This document shows positions 12,699 through 26,781 of a stretch of 64,000 bases of DNA, piece by piece. Source of the stretch: Octopus sinensis (lineage: Eukaryota). Each line of letters opens with the position of its first letter. Within the stretch, counting starts at the first letter, position 1. A model generated the notes under the pieces. It was given only the letters and a program-made list of their open reading frames with translations, was not told where the DNA came from and did not search any database. Location: NCBI RefSeq assembly GCF_006345805.1, contig NC_042998.1, positions 101,680,001-101,744,000 of the forward strand. The letters run 5' to 3'. Position numbers and translations under genes: made by a program.

Positions 12699-12998
12699 AT
12701 TAAATACATAAATGATAAGGAAAGCTTTCCCTAAAGTCTTTCAAAAACATTAACATTCATAAAAACTCGCGAAATGAGATTGAATGTTTATCATCCTCCA
12801 CGTTATACAAGATTTGTGCTTCAAGCAGCCATCTATGTTTACCGTTCTTTATCCTAGCTGACAGCCAATTTCTTTAAGCGGTTAGTGAAAGAATTTTAGT
12901 GAACCAAATCAGCTCAGAGAAAATACAGATTATCTTCAATGCAGGGCTGACTTTAAATTACAAAACTGATTGTTTTGCACGTGTGTGTGTGTATGTGT

Positions 12999-13260
12999 GT
13001 TTAAAGTAGACATCAAAATGGTATGTCTAAGGGGGAAAAGGCATCATAAAAACCCTCTGCATACTAAAGAGAAAAACGATTTGCCATCACTTGTAATGTA
13101 CTGAGTTGAAACATTTCGATGATGCAAGCATTAGGTTGAGGAAAACTCTCTGTAGGTAACCTTCTTTTGTTGGTGGAAAGTAATAGCAACGAACAAGTAA
13201 GGAAACACCTTTTGAGTGAATTTGGTAGACGGCGAGTGAGTATACGCTCATCATGTATAT

Positions 13261-13305
<45 letters not shown>

Positions 13306-13765
13306 GTGCGTATGTACATAAAAAGTTCACTTCGCAACCACGTAGTTTCGGGTTCAGTTCCACAGCGCGGTAACTTGAGCAGTTGTCTTGTACTAAAGCC
13401 ACTCTCTGAACAATCTCTTTGAGTTAATTTCGATTATGGAAATTGTCACCGAAACAAATCACACACACAGTCATTCTCGTACACATAGAATTCAAATCTA
13501 CTCCTAAACATGCTGTTCATATAATGTGCAAAATTATGTTCAACATTTCTTGATGGTGTTTCCTTACTTGTTCGTTGCTATTACTTTCCACCAACAACAA
13601 AAGGTTACCTACAGAGAGTTTTCCTCAACCTATTGCTTGCATCATCGAAATTTTTCAACTCAGTACATTACAAGTGATAGCAAATCGTTTTTCTCTTTAG
13701 TATGCAGAGGGTTTTTATGATGCATTTTCCCCCTTAGACATATCATTTTGATGTCTACTTTAAAC
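12999..13765. repeat. Local inverted duplication: 211-bp arms (12999-13209 and 13555-13765) with a 345-bp spacer
   Basis: The arms are reverse complements with about 7 differences counted by eye. Confidence 0.9.
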
Positions 13766-14011
13766 GCACACACACACACACGCGCGCGCGCGGAAGTAGA
13801 AAGAAAGACACAAACGTAACACATACACACATGTATGCTTCTAATAGATATATACACAAGGCCACATATTTAAGAAGCTCGCTGTTTGCATAATCAGGGT
13901 TTCGGATTCAGTTCCAGCTTATGGAACCTTACGCATATGTCTTCTACAGTAAGCCCTGGGTCGAACTACGTCTTTTGAGTGAATTTGTTAGACGGCGAGT
14001 GAGTATACGCT

Positions 14012-14055
<44 letters not shown>

Positions 14056-14062
14056 TTTTTCT

Positions 14063-14405
14063 CTGGCACTTCGTCGGTTGCGACGACGACGGTAAGAGTT
14101 GATCCGATCATCGTAACAACCTGCTCATGAAATTAAAGTGCAAGTGGCTGAGCACTCCACAGATACGTGTACCCTTAATGTAATCCTCAGCGAGATTCAG
14201 CGTGAAACAGAGGGTGACAAGGCTGGCCCTTTGAAATACAGGTACAACAGAAACAGGAATAAAGAGTGAGAGAAAGTTGTGGTGAAAGAATACTGCAGGG
14301 TTCGCAACCACAGGAGCCTTGTGGAACTTTAGTTTTTTTTTCGCTCAATAAACACTCACAATGCCCGGTCTGGGAATCCAAACGGCGATCCTATGACCAC
14401 AAGTC
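14063..14405 (-). mobile_element. tRNA-derived SINE (family C) with RTE-type 3' tail
   Basis: Minus strand has a tRNA-like head ending GGATTCCCAGACCGGGC and a tail ..GGATCAACTCTTACCGTCGTCGTCGCAACCGACGAAGTGCCAG. A related tail fragment lies at about 40545-40630. Tail assignment is from recall. Confidence 0.6.
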
Positions 14406-15649
14406 ATATGTACGTGTGTGTTCTTGTGTTTACGTATGCGCCCCTATCGTTGGACAATCAGTTGTGGTTTCTTTAAATCCTCACAACTCCCCGGATTTGG
14501 TAAGAGAGACCGACAGAATAAGTATAATAAATATCAGATTTTAAAATATGTGTTCTGGGATAGATTTGCTCGTTTAAACATTTCAAAGCAGTGTCCCAGT
14601 AATTCTACGGTTCAGTTACTGAAACAAATGAAAAATAACAGATGAGAAATATCTATTGTAAATACTTGCGTGCGTGCGTATAATATTTCTGTAACTTTTT
14701 TCAACTTGTGTGTGTCTGTAAGGGTCTGGGAATAACAGGATAAATAGCACACCTGCCCTATACATTTCTTATATGGTTACAATGGTCGTAGTAAACAACA
14801 CTGACAATAACTAAACGACGTTTTACATGACGTATATATTGTACGTCAGCTGGTCCATTATTTGGAATCTATTTACAAATTTAAAGAAGAATATATTGCA
14901 TTAACGACTGAGATAAATTCTAATAGAAATAATGTAGATATTTTTATTTTATTTTAATCTCTTCAATTCTGTTATCGTTCATCATTATTTTTATATCATT
15001 GCTCGCTATTAATTGATATATTTACTATGTTTATCTACACATGCTAGGGTTACTTTAAAATATATCACTACCGTCTATTTTACATATAGTTTCATTCAAA
15101 CATACCACCTATTCTACAAATAGTTGCATTGAAACTATTTTGCAATTAATTTGATGCAAACGAATATACTTTACTTGATAAGTCACATATTTTTCCTAGT
15201 TGTATTTGTATCCGTACCGAAATGAAAATTCCTTATCGTTAATGGCGATTTTTTTCCCTTTTTTTCAGAGAAAGAAAGCAAAACAAGTTCTAAATTTAAA
15301 TCGATTAAAATTTAAATGAGGATATGAAGAAAAGATACAATCTTGATTTGTCAATTTATGGTGATGAAATTTAAATTTAAATATATTTCAAACTAATTAG
15401 ATCTCATAGTTTTTTTTTTATTCTGCCTTCGAAATAATTGTTTTAAGATTTAATTCTCGCTTAAACTAATTTAAGAGCATTTCAAAAACCAAAATAATAT
15501 TTCACTCATTTGTGTTAACTGTTTAAATACTTAGCCAACGGAATATCACTTTTCCAATAGTATCATTCACTCTTGGATACGGACCTCTTTGCCTGTCTCT
15601 CCTCGAGTTCTATGACAGTTATATACATACATACAAACATACAATCATT

Positions 15650-15691
<42 letters not shown>

Positions 15692-15926
15692 ATATACATA
15701 ATCAAAATAAACAACATGATATCAAGTAGTGATGCAGTGCCCTCTTCAGCTGCGCAAATAAATAAATAGAACTTTAACAATGCGACCGCTTGAAACGGTC
15801 GTACGGCATCTCTACTTGATATCCTGTTGCTTATTTTGATTCCATTCACCTTACTTCGAGCTTTGCGGATAATACCGGACTGACTTAATGCTTCAACTTA
15901 AGAAACTAATTCAACTGAATCTCAAT

Positions 15927-15978
<52 letters not shown>

Positions 15979-17191
15979 GTCGTAAATCCATAAAGATACA
16001 TACAGGTTCATACATACACACAGACGCAAACGCAAACTCATGCGCGCCTATGTGTGTGCGTAAGAAATGCTATGTGTTATTTTTGTTCCTGTTCTTGTTA
16101 TTGTTGCAAACGTACTGTTATTTGTGTCAGAAACTCGAGACACGCATCCTTTTTCAAATGTTTAAATTTTCATTTGGAATCTATTTTCTGTTTTGCGTGA
16201 TGGTTGTGCAAATGTTATTGTTTAATGAAATGGACTCCATGCCGTATTCAATATCAGCTAGAGAAGAATATATTTTCAAATTTTTTCTTTTTTTTTGTTC
16301 ATAAATACAACAGAAAATAGAATAAATTAAACTCGTCACCGCTTTGAGTAAGAATTCTGCATAATCTGACACATAAAGAGTAAATCAATGTTTTGAAACT
16401 TGACAAAATATAATCCATTCATTGGAAAACAAATGAACTTGTCTCACTAAGGTAAAATAAAGAAAAAAATCAGCTATATCCTCCTCCTCCTCCTCCGCAT
16501 CATCATCATCCAAATTACAATTTTTGTCCGCATAATCATTCACATCAGTAGTAATAAGTTTTCCTGTTTTAGACCAGTGCTCCGCTACCTTCTTTTTTTT
16601 CACTTGGGACACACTTATACTCTTTTCAAAATTCGCCGGCGCACATGAACTGAAAATATAACTGAAGCTATAGGGAAAAATTATATTCAAGTTACACTGC
16701 GGAAAACCTAGCATCGTCTCGTGGCGCACAAGTGAGCACTGATTTAGATACAAGCCCATCAGCATTGATGGAAGTGGTAAGTCGAAACCATTAATAGCAG
16801 TACCTCAATTACCGAGCCTGGAGCGATAAAAGACAATCCGGAAATTCAACCCAGAGATGAAAGTATTAGAGCAAAGGTCGCAAAGAATTTTGCTTGATAT
16901 TTAATGACATTGCCAGTTCGTCCTAATAATAACAGAAAATGAAAACAAAAGAAACATGGTTACAAATTTTACTAAAACAGTTTTAGGGAGTAGAGTTAGT
17001 GGATTGCATTACCACTAGTATTCTATTCGATCGCCCCGAAAGAATGGAAAGCAAAGTTGACCATGGCGAATTTCAATTCAGCGCTTCAAGAACCGGAAGA
17101 AATGTCACCATGCATTTTGTTCGGCGGAATAACAATTCCTACCGATGATGATGATGATGATGAAGGCTTATGATGATGATAGTAACAATAA

Positions 17192-17256
17192 TACTTGATA
17201 CTAGGCAGTGGCTACGCGCTAATGCAGTCAATTTGATGGCATGCGCTGCTCTCTCA
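17192..17256 (+). mobile_element. Internally deleted mini-copy of the (TAA)n-associated element (family E)
   Basis: TAGGCAGTGGCT matches the 5' end and GTCAATTTGATGGCATGCGCTGCTCTCTCA matches the 3' end of the 59248-59803 copy. Confidence 0.55.
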
Positions 17257-17334
17257 ATAAAAAAAATCCTACCGGGAATAAGACCGAACTTGAGCCAAAC
17301 CAAAATAATAATGATAATAATAATAATAATAATA

Positions 17335-17928
17335 ACTTCAGACGAAAATCATGCCACCTGATAGATATGACTGTCCTAATCGACGTAAATGTATCTGTCA
17401 AGATCTACCAAAAACTGAGCCAGTATAAACATCTTGAAATAGAAATCGGCAAAATGTGGAACCTCAAGACTAAAACAACACATGTTGTCATAGGTGCCTT
17501 AGGAATGATAGCAAAAGGGGCTGATTGCTACCTAACTCAGATACCAGGAAATCATCCAGAAATGAAAGAATTAAAAAAAAATAGTGCGCATGGGAACTGC
17601 CCCAAACCTACATAAGATACTGTCTATGTAATCTCAGAATATTTTAATATGTAAACAGTGTCAAAATACTTTTCAATATACATAACAGCAAGCACTTTTT
17701 ACTGTCATCTTAATAATCAGACTACCGTCATTCCAAATTACTTTTACAACAAACTTCTAATTTACCTATGTTTTGACAGGCATTGTCTCGAACAATAATC
17801 TGTGCAAAACCAAATATATGGCACCCTAGTCATAACACCAACTTGAATTTGTTGAACTTGTCTCTTGAGGTCTCTGAATGAAACTTCGAGTCAACTTGTA
17901 TAAATACAAAGCTAAAGCCAGATAAAAC

Positions 17929-17930
<2 letters not shown>
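17335..17930 (+). mobile_element. R4/Dong-like LINE 3' fragment (restriction-like endonuclease end plus 3' UTR)
   Basis: CHLIDMTVLIDVNVSVKIYQKLSQYKHLEIEIGKMWNLKTKTTHVVIGALGMI. Bracketed by (AAT)n at 17307-17334 and 17931-17990. Confidence 0.85.
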
Positions 17931-17978
<48 letters not shown>

Positions 17979-20544
17979 TAATAATAATAATAAAAATCCA
18001 TTCTGCTAAAGGCACAAGGCCTGAAATTTGTAGAGAGGTCTAAGTTAATTGCATAGACCCCAGTGCTCCACTCATATCTGTTCTATCGACCCAGAAAGAT
18101 TGGAAGTATCGACGTCGGCAGCTTTTGAACTCTGAACTTAAAGCCGGAAGGAAACCAAGTATTTTGTCGGCGTACAAACGATTCTGGAAGCTTAACAACA
18201 ACAACAACAACAAGACTTTTTCACATTTCGACTAGCAATTTTTAAAGAGGAAATGTGTTAACCGATTTCATCGATCCCGGCATTTTATTAGTACTTTATT
18301 TTATTAACAGAGGAGAAACTGAAACACGACAGGCTTCAAGAACAGAGAGATGAACGAGAAGAAATCAACTGGACAAGGGGGGAAATAATAATGCAGTCAT
18401 ACATTAAACTGTGGAGGTTTAGAGACTTCTCCATAAAAATTACTAAACAATTGAAGCCAAGAGACCACATAACGAGTAAAAAAAGAATATATAAAATTTT
18501 GGTTGTAGGTGAGATTTCAAAGAACTTGAGAAATTTTTGCTACATCCGAACCTCGCCAGATAGCTGAAGAAATTGTGAAACTCAACTGAATATTGTTTCT
18601 GTGGTAATTAAGGTACTCAGTACAACACTCAAGTGGCTCTCGAAGAGTCTGAAATATATTCGAATTGAAACGTATTGATGAACCTGTAGAAATACTCTTT
18701 CCTGTATTCTGCAAGATTCCTAAGAAAAATTCTAGGTATTCGACATTTGTCTACAAATCTCAAGATAAAATTTCTCCTGATTAAGATTATTTGCATTAAT
18801 AATGATGGGCTCTCCCACCGAAGACAACATATGTGTATTCAGCTTTTGCGGAAAACCCTTCACAAATAATTTGTTTATAGTGATCAAATGTGTGTGTAGT
18901 TCATTGGTCTACTTCCTCCCTCCCTCAAATCAACGTTTTCTGAACATGTGTACGGTCTACCACGCATCAGTTGTCGAGGTCATCGCAAAGTAAACGTGTG
19001 ATGATGTATTTTGCTCAAGCACACAACCCACGACCCGGTCAAGGAATAGAAACCACGATCTTGTGATTGTGAGTGCAACACTCTAATCACTAGGCCATAT
19101 GCCCTCTGTAATAATAATTTCAAGGAAAAATTCAAAGTACTTATATCTAAAAAATGCAGAAGATGTTCTTTATGTACTTAAAAATGATCTGGAATGGGAA
19201 ATATTCCATGCATGAGACAATATTTTATTTATTAGCCAAGATAAAACGTAATGTCTGTCTATTTTTCAGAACCGAGTACAAAGCCAAGAGATAGACTGAA
19301 ATAATAAGATACATACGTCCTCTATAAACTCGTATTACAATAAATGAGTCGATGCAGCACAAGATTTACTGTTAGAATGATTGATAGTGTCCTTAATCCA
19401 TGTTATGTTCTTTCTCTTGCTGAGTAATATGAGCGGGATCTGAAAGCCAAAGTGTTAGGGAACGATGTTCGGGAAGGGTAGGGAAGGGTTTGACCCATTC
19501 TTATGCCCCCACCCCCACCCAATAAAAAAACACACGACCATTCTTGAGCATTTCTTAGTCGTTGTAAGAATACAGCCAATAAGGCTGACGAAGCAAGGCA
19601 GGAAACTAAGAGTATTTGGAGGCGTTCTATCCCCTGTACTTTTTTAAAGATGGAGGACTGGGTTTCAAAAGCATTTCTGCTCGAGGTTTAGGAATTGGCA
19701 AAGAAGATTGCCTCGTTCTTTGTCTGGGAGGTTGACGATGGAGTAGAGAAACTTAATCTCCAACGATAGCAAACACTGACAACAAGGTAAATTTGAAGGT
19801 GGAAATGTGCTCGCAGCAATGCAGAAACAGAAACAAACCCAGATTCCTATAATACTAACCAGTAGCAACAGCAACACCTACGCAAATATACGCTATTGTG
19901 ATATTGGGGAGGGGATAAATAAGACAATGTTCCAAAATATCACGAGGAGAGGAAATTAAACAAGTCAAAATCCTTTGAAACTTAAAGGTGACCCAGAACA
20001 TGAATTAAGAAAAATGTGTGTAAGAACAATCATCTCAACAATGGTGACAACAAGAAGGAAGGCTATGATTAGAAATGCACTGTTTGTTGTAAATGATACA
20101 AAGCTCTGGTAGGCAGAATAATACTTTTGTTGTCCGACGCATATTACGGAAACGTGCTGATTACTGAGACACCATTTGGTCTGAGATATAAGAGGCACAC
20201 TATAGAAATGATGTTATTAAAAACAATACAAAATCATAATAAATTAAAACAAGTGTATCGCGAGAACACGGGTTCTTTGTTTCACCGTCCAACATAGGAA
20301 ATCTTAATGGTCAAATTCGATCGGGCGAGACAACAGTTCAAACAATGACTTGCATACAATCTAACTCGATCTTAAGCACTGGATGCTGACATATGGAGGA
20401 ATGAAAAACCTATTTTTCATATTGTATTTTCTGTTGAAATTGTCTCTTCTTTTAATTATTGATTATCATAATATATTTTAGAAATTAATTTCTGTGTAAT
20501 CACTTGTTTTAAATATTTTAAACATATTCCCACGTTAACCATAT

Positions 20545-20779
20545 ATTTATTTGTTTACTACCTACAAGGGGCTAAACACAGAGGGGACAAACAAGGACAG
20601 ACAGTGGGATTAAGTCGACTACATCGATCCCAGTGCTTAACTGGTACTTAATTTATTGACCCCGAAAGGATGAAAGGCAAAGTCGACCTCGGCGGAATTT
20701 GAACTCGGAACGTAAAGACAGACGAATTACCGCAAAGCATTTCGCCCGGCGTACTAACGTTTCTGCCAGCTCGCCGCCT
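20545..20779 (-). mobile_element. Family A SINE, complete, with 18-bp target-site duplication
   Basis: TSD TTCCCACGTTAAC[C/T]ATAT at 20527-20544 and 20780-20797. Confidence 0.9.
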
Positions 20780-23700
20780 TTCCCACGTTAACTATATCTT
20801 GTCTTTCAACTCTGCACTCGTCTAAATATAATTGATTATCCTATCCTATGTCTTTTGAATGAAAAAATTTTGAGTTGCATGATTTTTCCAAGTTACGCAT
20901 GTAACTTGGTACCGGCTGCACGGTTATTTTCATACATAATTTAGATAAAAATACCGTAATTTAGACGTCTTCTTTTCTGAAAAATGTTCGCGCATTTGCA
21001 ATCTATTCTATATGTCTACTGCTACAGAGAAATTTTAAAAAAAATATTAAAAAGAAAAAATGTAGCAGAGCAGCCTATACGCCCACTCAGTGGAAATATG
21101 AAGAAATAATTTTATAATACACGAAAGTGAAATTGAAAAATGGATAAATACAGAAAACATGATGTGACAGAGAGAATCTATCAATTGGACAGCTGAAATA
21201 GTAAATTTGCGAAATATGAATCAAACTATCAACAATAAAAATCTTAGTGCAAACTTGTACAGTATTAACAAACGTCCTAATAATAATTTCTTTGCTAGCG
21301 TTAAAAGCGAGCGTTGTGGTAGACTGTTTGACATGGTTCAAACATAGAGAAAGGTAGAGTTAAATAGCAGATGACAATAAAAACAATGCCTACATTCTTG
21401 AGAAATTGATGCAAAGGAGAACAATAAGGAAAGTGACTTATTTCTGCTTCGTGAAGATAAGTGGATTACTATATAAAACAAGAAAGAAATTGGAAAGCTC
21501 TTCTCAGGACAACAAATAATGATGACGAAGACAAGGAAGACGAAGAGTTGAAATTCAGCGTTGTTTGTAAATAAAACCAAGATCCCATAGGTTAGATAAA
21601 CTCATCTGTTGACCACTGAGATACGATGAATGCTGTGACACAGGGTGCATTCAACAGAAAGGATGTTATTAAAATAATGAAAAAATGGTGACGTCGTTGT
21701 ATCCTCAAAGAAGGAGAAGCCCGAGATAACTTGCGGCACAGTATATGTTCCAGTGATTGGATAAATGGAAATGGAGATGCTTATATGCTTTTGAAAACTG
21801 AAGACCGATCGAGAAAGCTGGTAGTTATTTTAACTCATAACATGATCCAGGGAAATAATGAGCACTTGAACATATTGCTTATCAATATGTATTGAAGTAA
21901 CATGACATGGTTAAGTATGAGTCGATCAGCATAGATGTGCATGTCATGTTACTTCGTAGACCACAAGACATAGCTGATGCTGGACGCCAACATCTGTGCA
22001 ATTAAAGAAGGGAGCTGACAGATGGTATAGGAAGAAGATTCAGTTGCTTTACGTGTAGCTATAGCAGTAACCTGGTGGCTTTTGTCTTAGAGAACCTACA
22101 GGCACAGAGGAAGAGGGACGGAGAGCAACAGAAGCACCGAGAACAAGTAACAGACACAGGTGTTGCCGTTCTACTGAAGGATCCCAATACAACAAAACGT
22201 CGCTTCATTCTCAATACAAGAAACTGACAACCAGAGTTTCCTTCCATGACTACAACTAGTTGTCGGTTCCCACAAAATTTTGGTTTCGTACCAAAGTTAA
22301 AACGGAAATAATAGCAGAGTCGTGAAATCTGTTGGTAAATCTTTTCGAAAATCATAATTCCTGAGTAAAGCATCCGGTGATTTACATTTGTTTTCTGAAT
22401 GTGACAGGACATCTACTGAACACCTTATGAGTATAGAATGGACTACATGATTCAAAAATTCTGTTTCATAATAATTTGGTTTAATTTTCTAGCAATGTTG
22501 TAAGGGATACAAGTGCAGATGAATAAATTGCTCTCACACACCGTCGTTTAATACTGTTACTTCTGTTAGAAAGTAAGGTGACTTTACACTTGCTGAAACC
22601 AAGACGAAAGGTATACCCCACATCATGTTTTGCCAAGATTCAACATGAAGAACAACGTTAGCAACAAGAAGAGCAACAGCAGAAATAACAACAGCAGTAG
22701 CACCATCACCACCACCACCAGGATCACAGACAACATAAAATTAACAAGAAAACTCTACTACTACTACTACTACTACTAATACTACTAATTTTGAAAGATA
22801 AATGTAATTATTTCTAATTTTGGCACTAAGCCAGCAGTTTTTCGAGGGGTAATATAGTCGTTTATATCGACATCATTGCTTGAGAGGCCCTTTATTTTAA
22901 CGACCTCGAATAGATGAAAGGCAAAGTTGACTTCAGCAGAATTTGAACACAGAAGACGATGAGGCGAATGTAATTGTGTTTGTAAGTTAAATTTTTATCC
23001 ATCTTCGCTTAGTGCCTAGACATTTGTATATTTTACTTAGTACTACTGAAGGAAAATATTTTGTTTCGGAATATTTTTCAACAGAAAACAGCTGGAATGT
23101 TTTGGGCGAATATTCCATACAAAAGGAAGCATAAAGCTAATTTTTTAAATATATATTTCATTTTTGCGTTTCTGCTTAACTTTAATTCGTTAGGGAAATG
23201 TTTCCCAAGAAAGTGAAAATGAATCTAGCTGAAAACAAAATAATTGCAGAAAAAAAATATCAATTCTACCGCAAGATTCGCACATTCTACACAAAAAAGA
23301 AAAAAAATACCACACTTCGACAGTTTAAATTGTGAATTTAAAAAATGCTAACCCTTTTAACAAAAATATCATTAACAACATATATTTTGCGGCAGAAAAA
23401 AGCCAATTTTAATGAGTGAAAGTGACAATTTCAACGAGGCAGAAGAGAGCCGGAAATTCGCACACTAACATGGCGACAGGTGAAACAGAGCGACCTGTCA
23501 GAGACAAGGCCTGTATTTCAGAGACATGTAATAATTGAAAATGCCGGCTTGTCTGAAGTGTGTATGCAAATCAGAATCTCATATAATTTCTACACAAAGG
23601 TTCAATCCCCAAACTTCACTACTATATAGGATGAAATACCTCGTTTACTATAAATCAGAAAGAAGCAGAATCAGTAGGTGCATCACGCCTCTATATAGTA

Positions 23701-25039
23701 GTACCAAAATACATGGTCGTACATTTGTATCCAGGTGAAAAACATTAACCATGGCGTTGATATTTCGAATGTGATCGACGTTACACCACAGCGAGAGGTT
23801 GTGGTGAAAGTCAAAGCAAATAGCAATGACATGTGGCTAGGTGGGATGTGCGTGGGCATGGATATTTTTGGTAATATTAACATAATATTGTGATATTATC
23901 ATTGTAATATTGTGGTGGTATACTCTATCATATGTGCGAATGAAAAACCACTGAAGCTCTGAAACTGCTCTTGTTAAATTCCGCCGATGGAGGTTCTGAA
24001 AATAGCAGATGTCATATCGACTCTGCCCATGGAGTCAAAGATCAGGATACCACATCCCAGATATAACTAGTTGTACCATCTCAAAGTTTTGCTATGGTAA
24101 TAACATTGAAAAAATAGACGTGGTAGAATATTGAAGTTAGCAAAAGGAACACAATGGGCTAAAGAAAAAGAGAAAAAAAGCACCCAAGTAAAGCGGAAAT
24201 AGAAATGAATGAGTCAAGTACAGGCAAAACAGAAACTCTCCGTTCCGAGGCGACCAGAGCTCCATGGTTTTCAAAACTCCGGTTACATTTTCGTAGGTAT
24301 GATAGAAAATAAGCAGTTAGAGATAAGAACGAATTTTTAACTGAAGAGGCCGGGATATGGCCAAAGGTTTCAAAAGACCTCCAGATCACATATATGCGAT
24401 GGTGCTGAAACGTTTATGGCTTTAAGTGTATCACGAAAAGCTTGGTTGGAGGCGCAACATTCCAAATTCTTTTTTAGGGCTTAGTAAAAATTAAATAGCG
24501 TTGCAATACGTGTGCGAATCTGAGGGGGGAATATGTTGAATAAAATTATAACTAACTGATCTTCCTGTGTGTTCTCTTACCCAAAGCCAGAAACTTTTCA
24601 GCACCACGTGGTATGGTAGTGAGAATATTTTATCTATTTTTGAAAAATGTCAATCCAGTAGCTGTTTAATGTTAGTGCGTTGATCAACACAGTATACAAA
24701 GACTCATAATACGCAACAGCTTCTCACGTACCATCTATATTGGCACTGTTTCACGGTAGTAGGATGCGCCATCTCATCCTGCTTCCTTCTGCATAATTCT
24801 AAACGAGGTGTTATCACGCAATATGATAATAGAAGCCAGGCCATGAGCAAAGATGATATAACTCTTCATATTGGTCAGCGCTACCTGAATCTTTTGTTTT
24901 GAATTTTACCCTTCTTTACAGTAATTTATTTTACCCAATATTTTTATATAATTAAACTGTGTTTGCATAAAGTTATAGAAGCAATGCAACTTAGCATAAA
25001 TACACTCAAACACACACACATATACACACACACATATAA

Positions 25040-25106
<67 letters not shown>

Positions 25107-25171
25107 ATATATAACATTATTGGTGAATTGAAGAAATGGAGCTGAACGCAGATTGAACAGAAATCGTTTTA

Positions 25172-25260
25172 TTTCATTCTACACGTGTTTCGAAAGGCAC
25201 AAATTACCAAAATCCGATTGAATAATGGGACCATATTGTGTCTTTCTCTTCAGGAAGAAA
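25172..25260 (-). ncRNA. Type I hammerhead ribozyme (left pLTR)
   Basis: Mirror image of 26782-26870. The plus strand reads TTTCATTC-TACACGTGTTTC-GAAAGGCACAA...TTGTGTCTTTC-TCTTCAG-GAAGAAA. Confidence 0.8.
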
Positions 25261-25854
25261 AAAGGAAATCCGTTGGAAAAACAAAAACAGAACAGAGGCG
25301 GAGCAAAAACAAATCGAACTATGCTCCTAAGAGCCCATGGCGAAACTGTTTATCAGTGTATGTTGAGAACCGGTGGCTGAAGAATTCAACGGGTCAGGCA
25401 TCGTCAATCATGTGGGTGAGGGTGTATAGATGTTCTTTGTGACCGAGAATAAAGTTCTGACTATTTAAGGAATATTGGATGTTTTATAAGGGGCGAGAAA
25501 AAATCTACTTAGAGACGTGTGTGTGTGTATACTGTTCTATATATGTGTGTGTTGGCGTAGGGGTAGAAAACATTTTTTGTGTACGTGTGTGCGTTTGATC
25601 GTTCGGCTGTCAGTGGCTACAGCCGTGATAACCGTTGGGTGGCAGAAAGAAAAAAAATATATATATTATTATGTTTTATGTGTGTGTGTGTTCATCTAAG
25701 CCTGCCTTGTCAAGGAAACCCCCCGCTGTGAAAAAACCAAGCCCCGTTTGTCTTACAGGAGTAATTCCCCTTGCAGTGGTTAATCGTAGATATCTTAAAG
25801 GCTATTTCAGAATTTGTTACCAAGGGCTATGGGTGCCGGTATTATTTATAAACG

Positions 25855-26106
25855 CTATTTAAAAGCCAGATAAGTGTAACGCCGCCAGTGGGGGCATCGA
25901 AAAGCCGACTGTAAGAGCCCGTTTACCATCCGGCCTCTGGCAAACAAAATATGGAAGAGTTCGGAGACACAAAGGTTGCACTGTCTTCTGCCCCTATCAA
26001 ATGGGAGGGCCACCGACAAAATTGACCATTCCAGCCTATAGCTTAAGTTCGTATCCTTCAGTCGCCATATTAGCTTACTGAGTCCCGTGGTCTGGCGCTT
26101 GTTCAC
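25855..26106 (-). pseudogene. C-terminal part of a PLE GIY-YIG endonuclease
   Basis: TTGLSKLIWRLKDTNLSYRLEWSILSVALPFDRGRRQCNLCVSELFHIL..FRCPHWRRYTYLAFK* fits the PLE pattern T.LSK.IW.LKD....Y.I.W.IL..A.PY......CNLC..E...I....C.H. Confidence 0.75.
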
Positions 26107-26781
26107 GTCCCGAAAAGTTGCGGGCTCTTACAGTCGGCTTTTCGATGCCCCCATTGGCGGCGTTACACTTATCTGGCTTTTAAATAGCGTTTATAAATAA
26201 TACCGGCACCCATAGCCCTTGGTAACAAATTCTGAAATAGCCTTTAAGATATCTACGATTAACCACTGCAAGGGGAATTACTCCTGTAAGACAAACGGGG
26301 CTTGGTTTTTTCACAGCGGGGGGTTTCCTTGACAAGGCAGGCTTAGATGAACACACACACACATAAAACATAATATATATATATATTTTTTCTTTCTGCC
26401 ACCCAACGGTTATCACGGCAGTAGCCACTGACAGCCGAACGATCAAACGCACACACGTACACAAAAAATGTTTTCTACCCCTACGCCAACACACACATAT
26501 ATAGAACAGTATACACACACACACGTCTCTAAGTAGATTTTTTCTCGCCCCTTATAAAACATCCAATATTCCTTAAATAGTCAGAACTTTATTCTCGATC
26601 ACAAAGAACATCTATACACCCTCACCCCCATGATTGACCGATGCCTGACCCGTTGAATTCTTCAGCCACCGGTTCTCAACATACACTGATAAACAGTTTC
26701 GCCATGGGCTCTTAGGAGCATAGTTCGATTTGTTTTTGCTCCGCCTCTGTTCTGTTTTTGTTTTTCCAACGGATTTCCTTT

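Noticed and set aside
16385-16780. 126-aa minus ORF with an acidic tail, and a plus-strand AG..GTAAGT exon-like interval (16573-16776)
   Set aside because: The acidic run comes from (TCC)/(CAT) repeats, the plus interval has stops in all three frames, and no homology was recognised.
21100-24100. Purine-rich stretch with short protein-looking frames and an AACATGGCG/CCGGAA start-like motif at about 23445-23470
   Set aside because: No continuous frame or recognisable domain, so a gene or TE call cannot be supported without a search.
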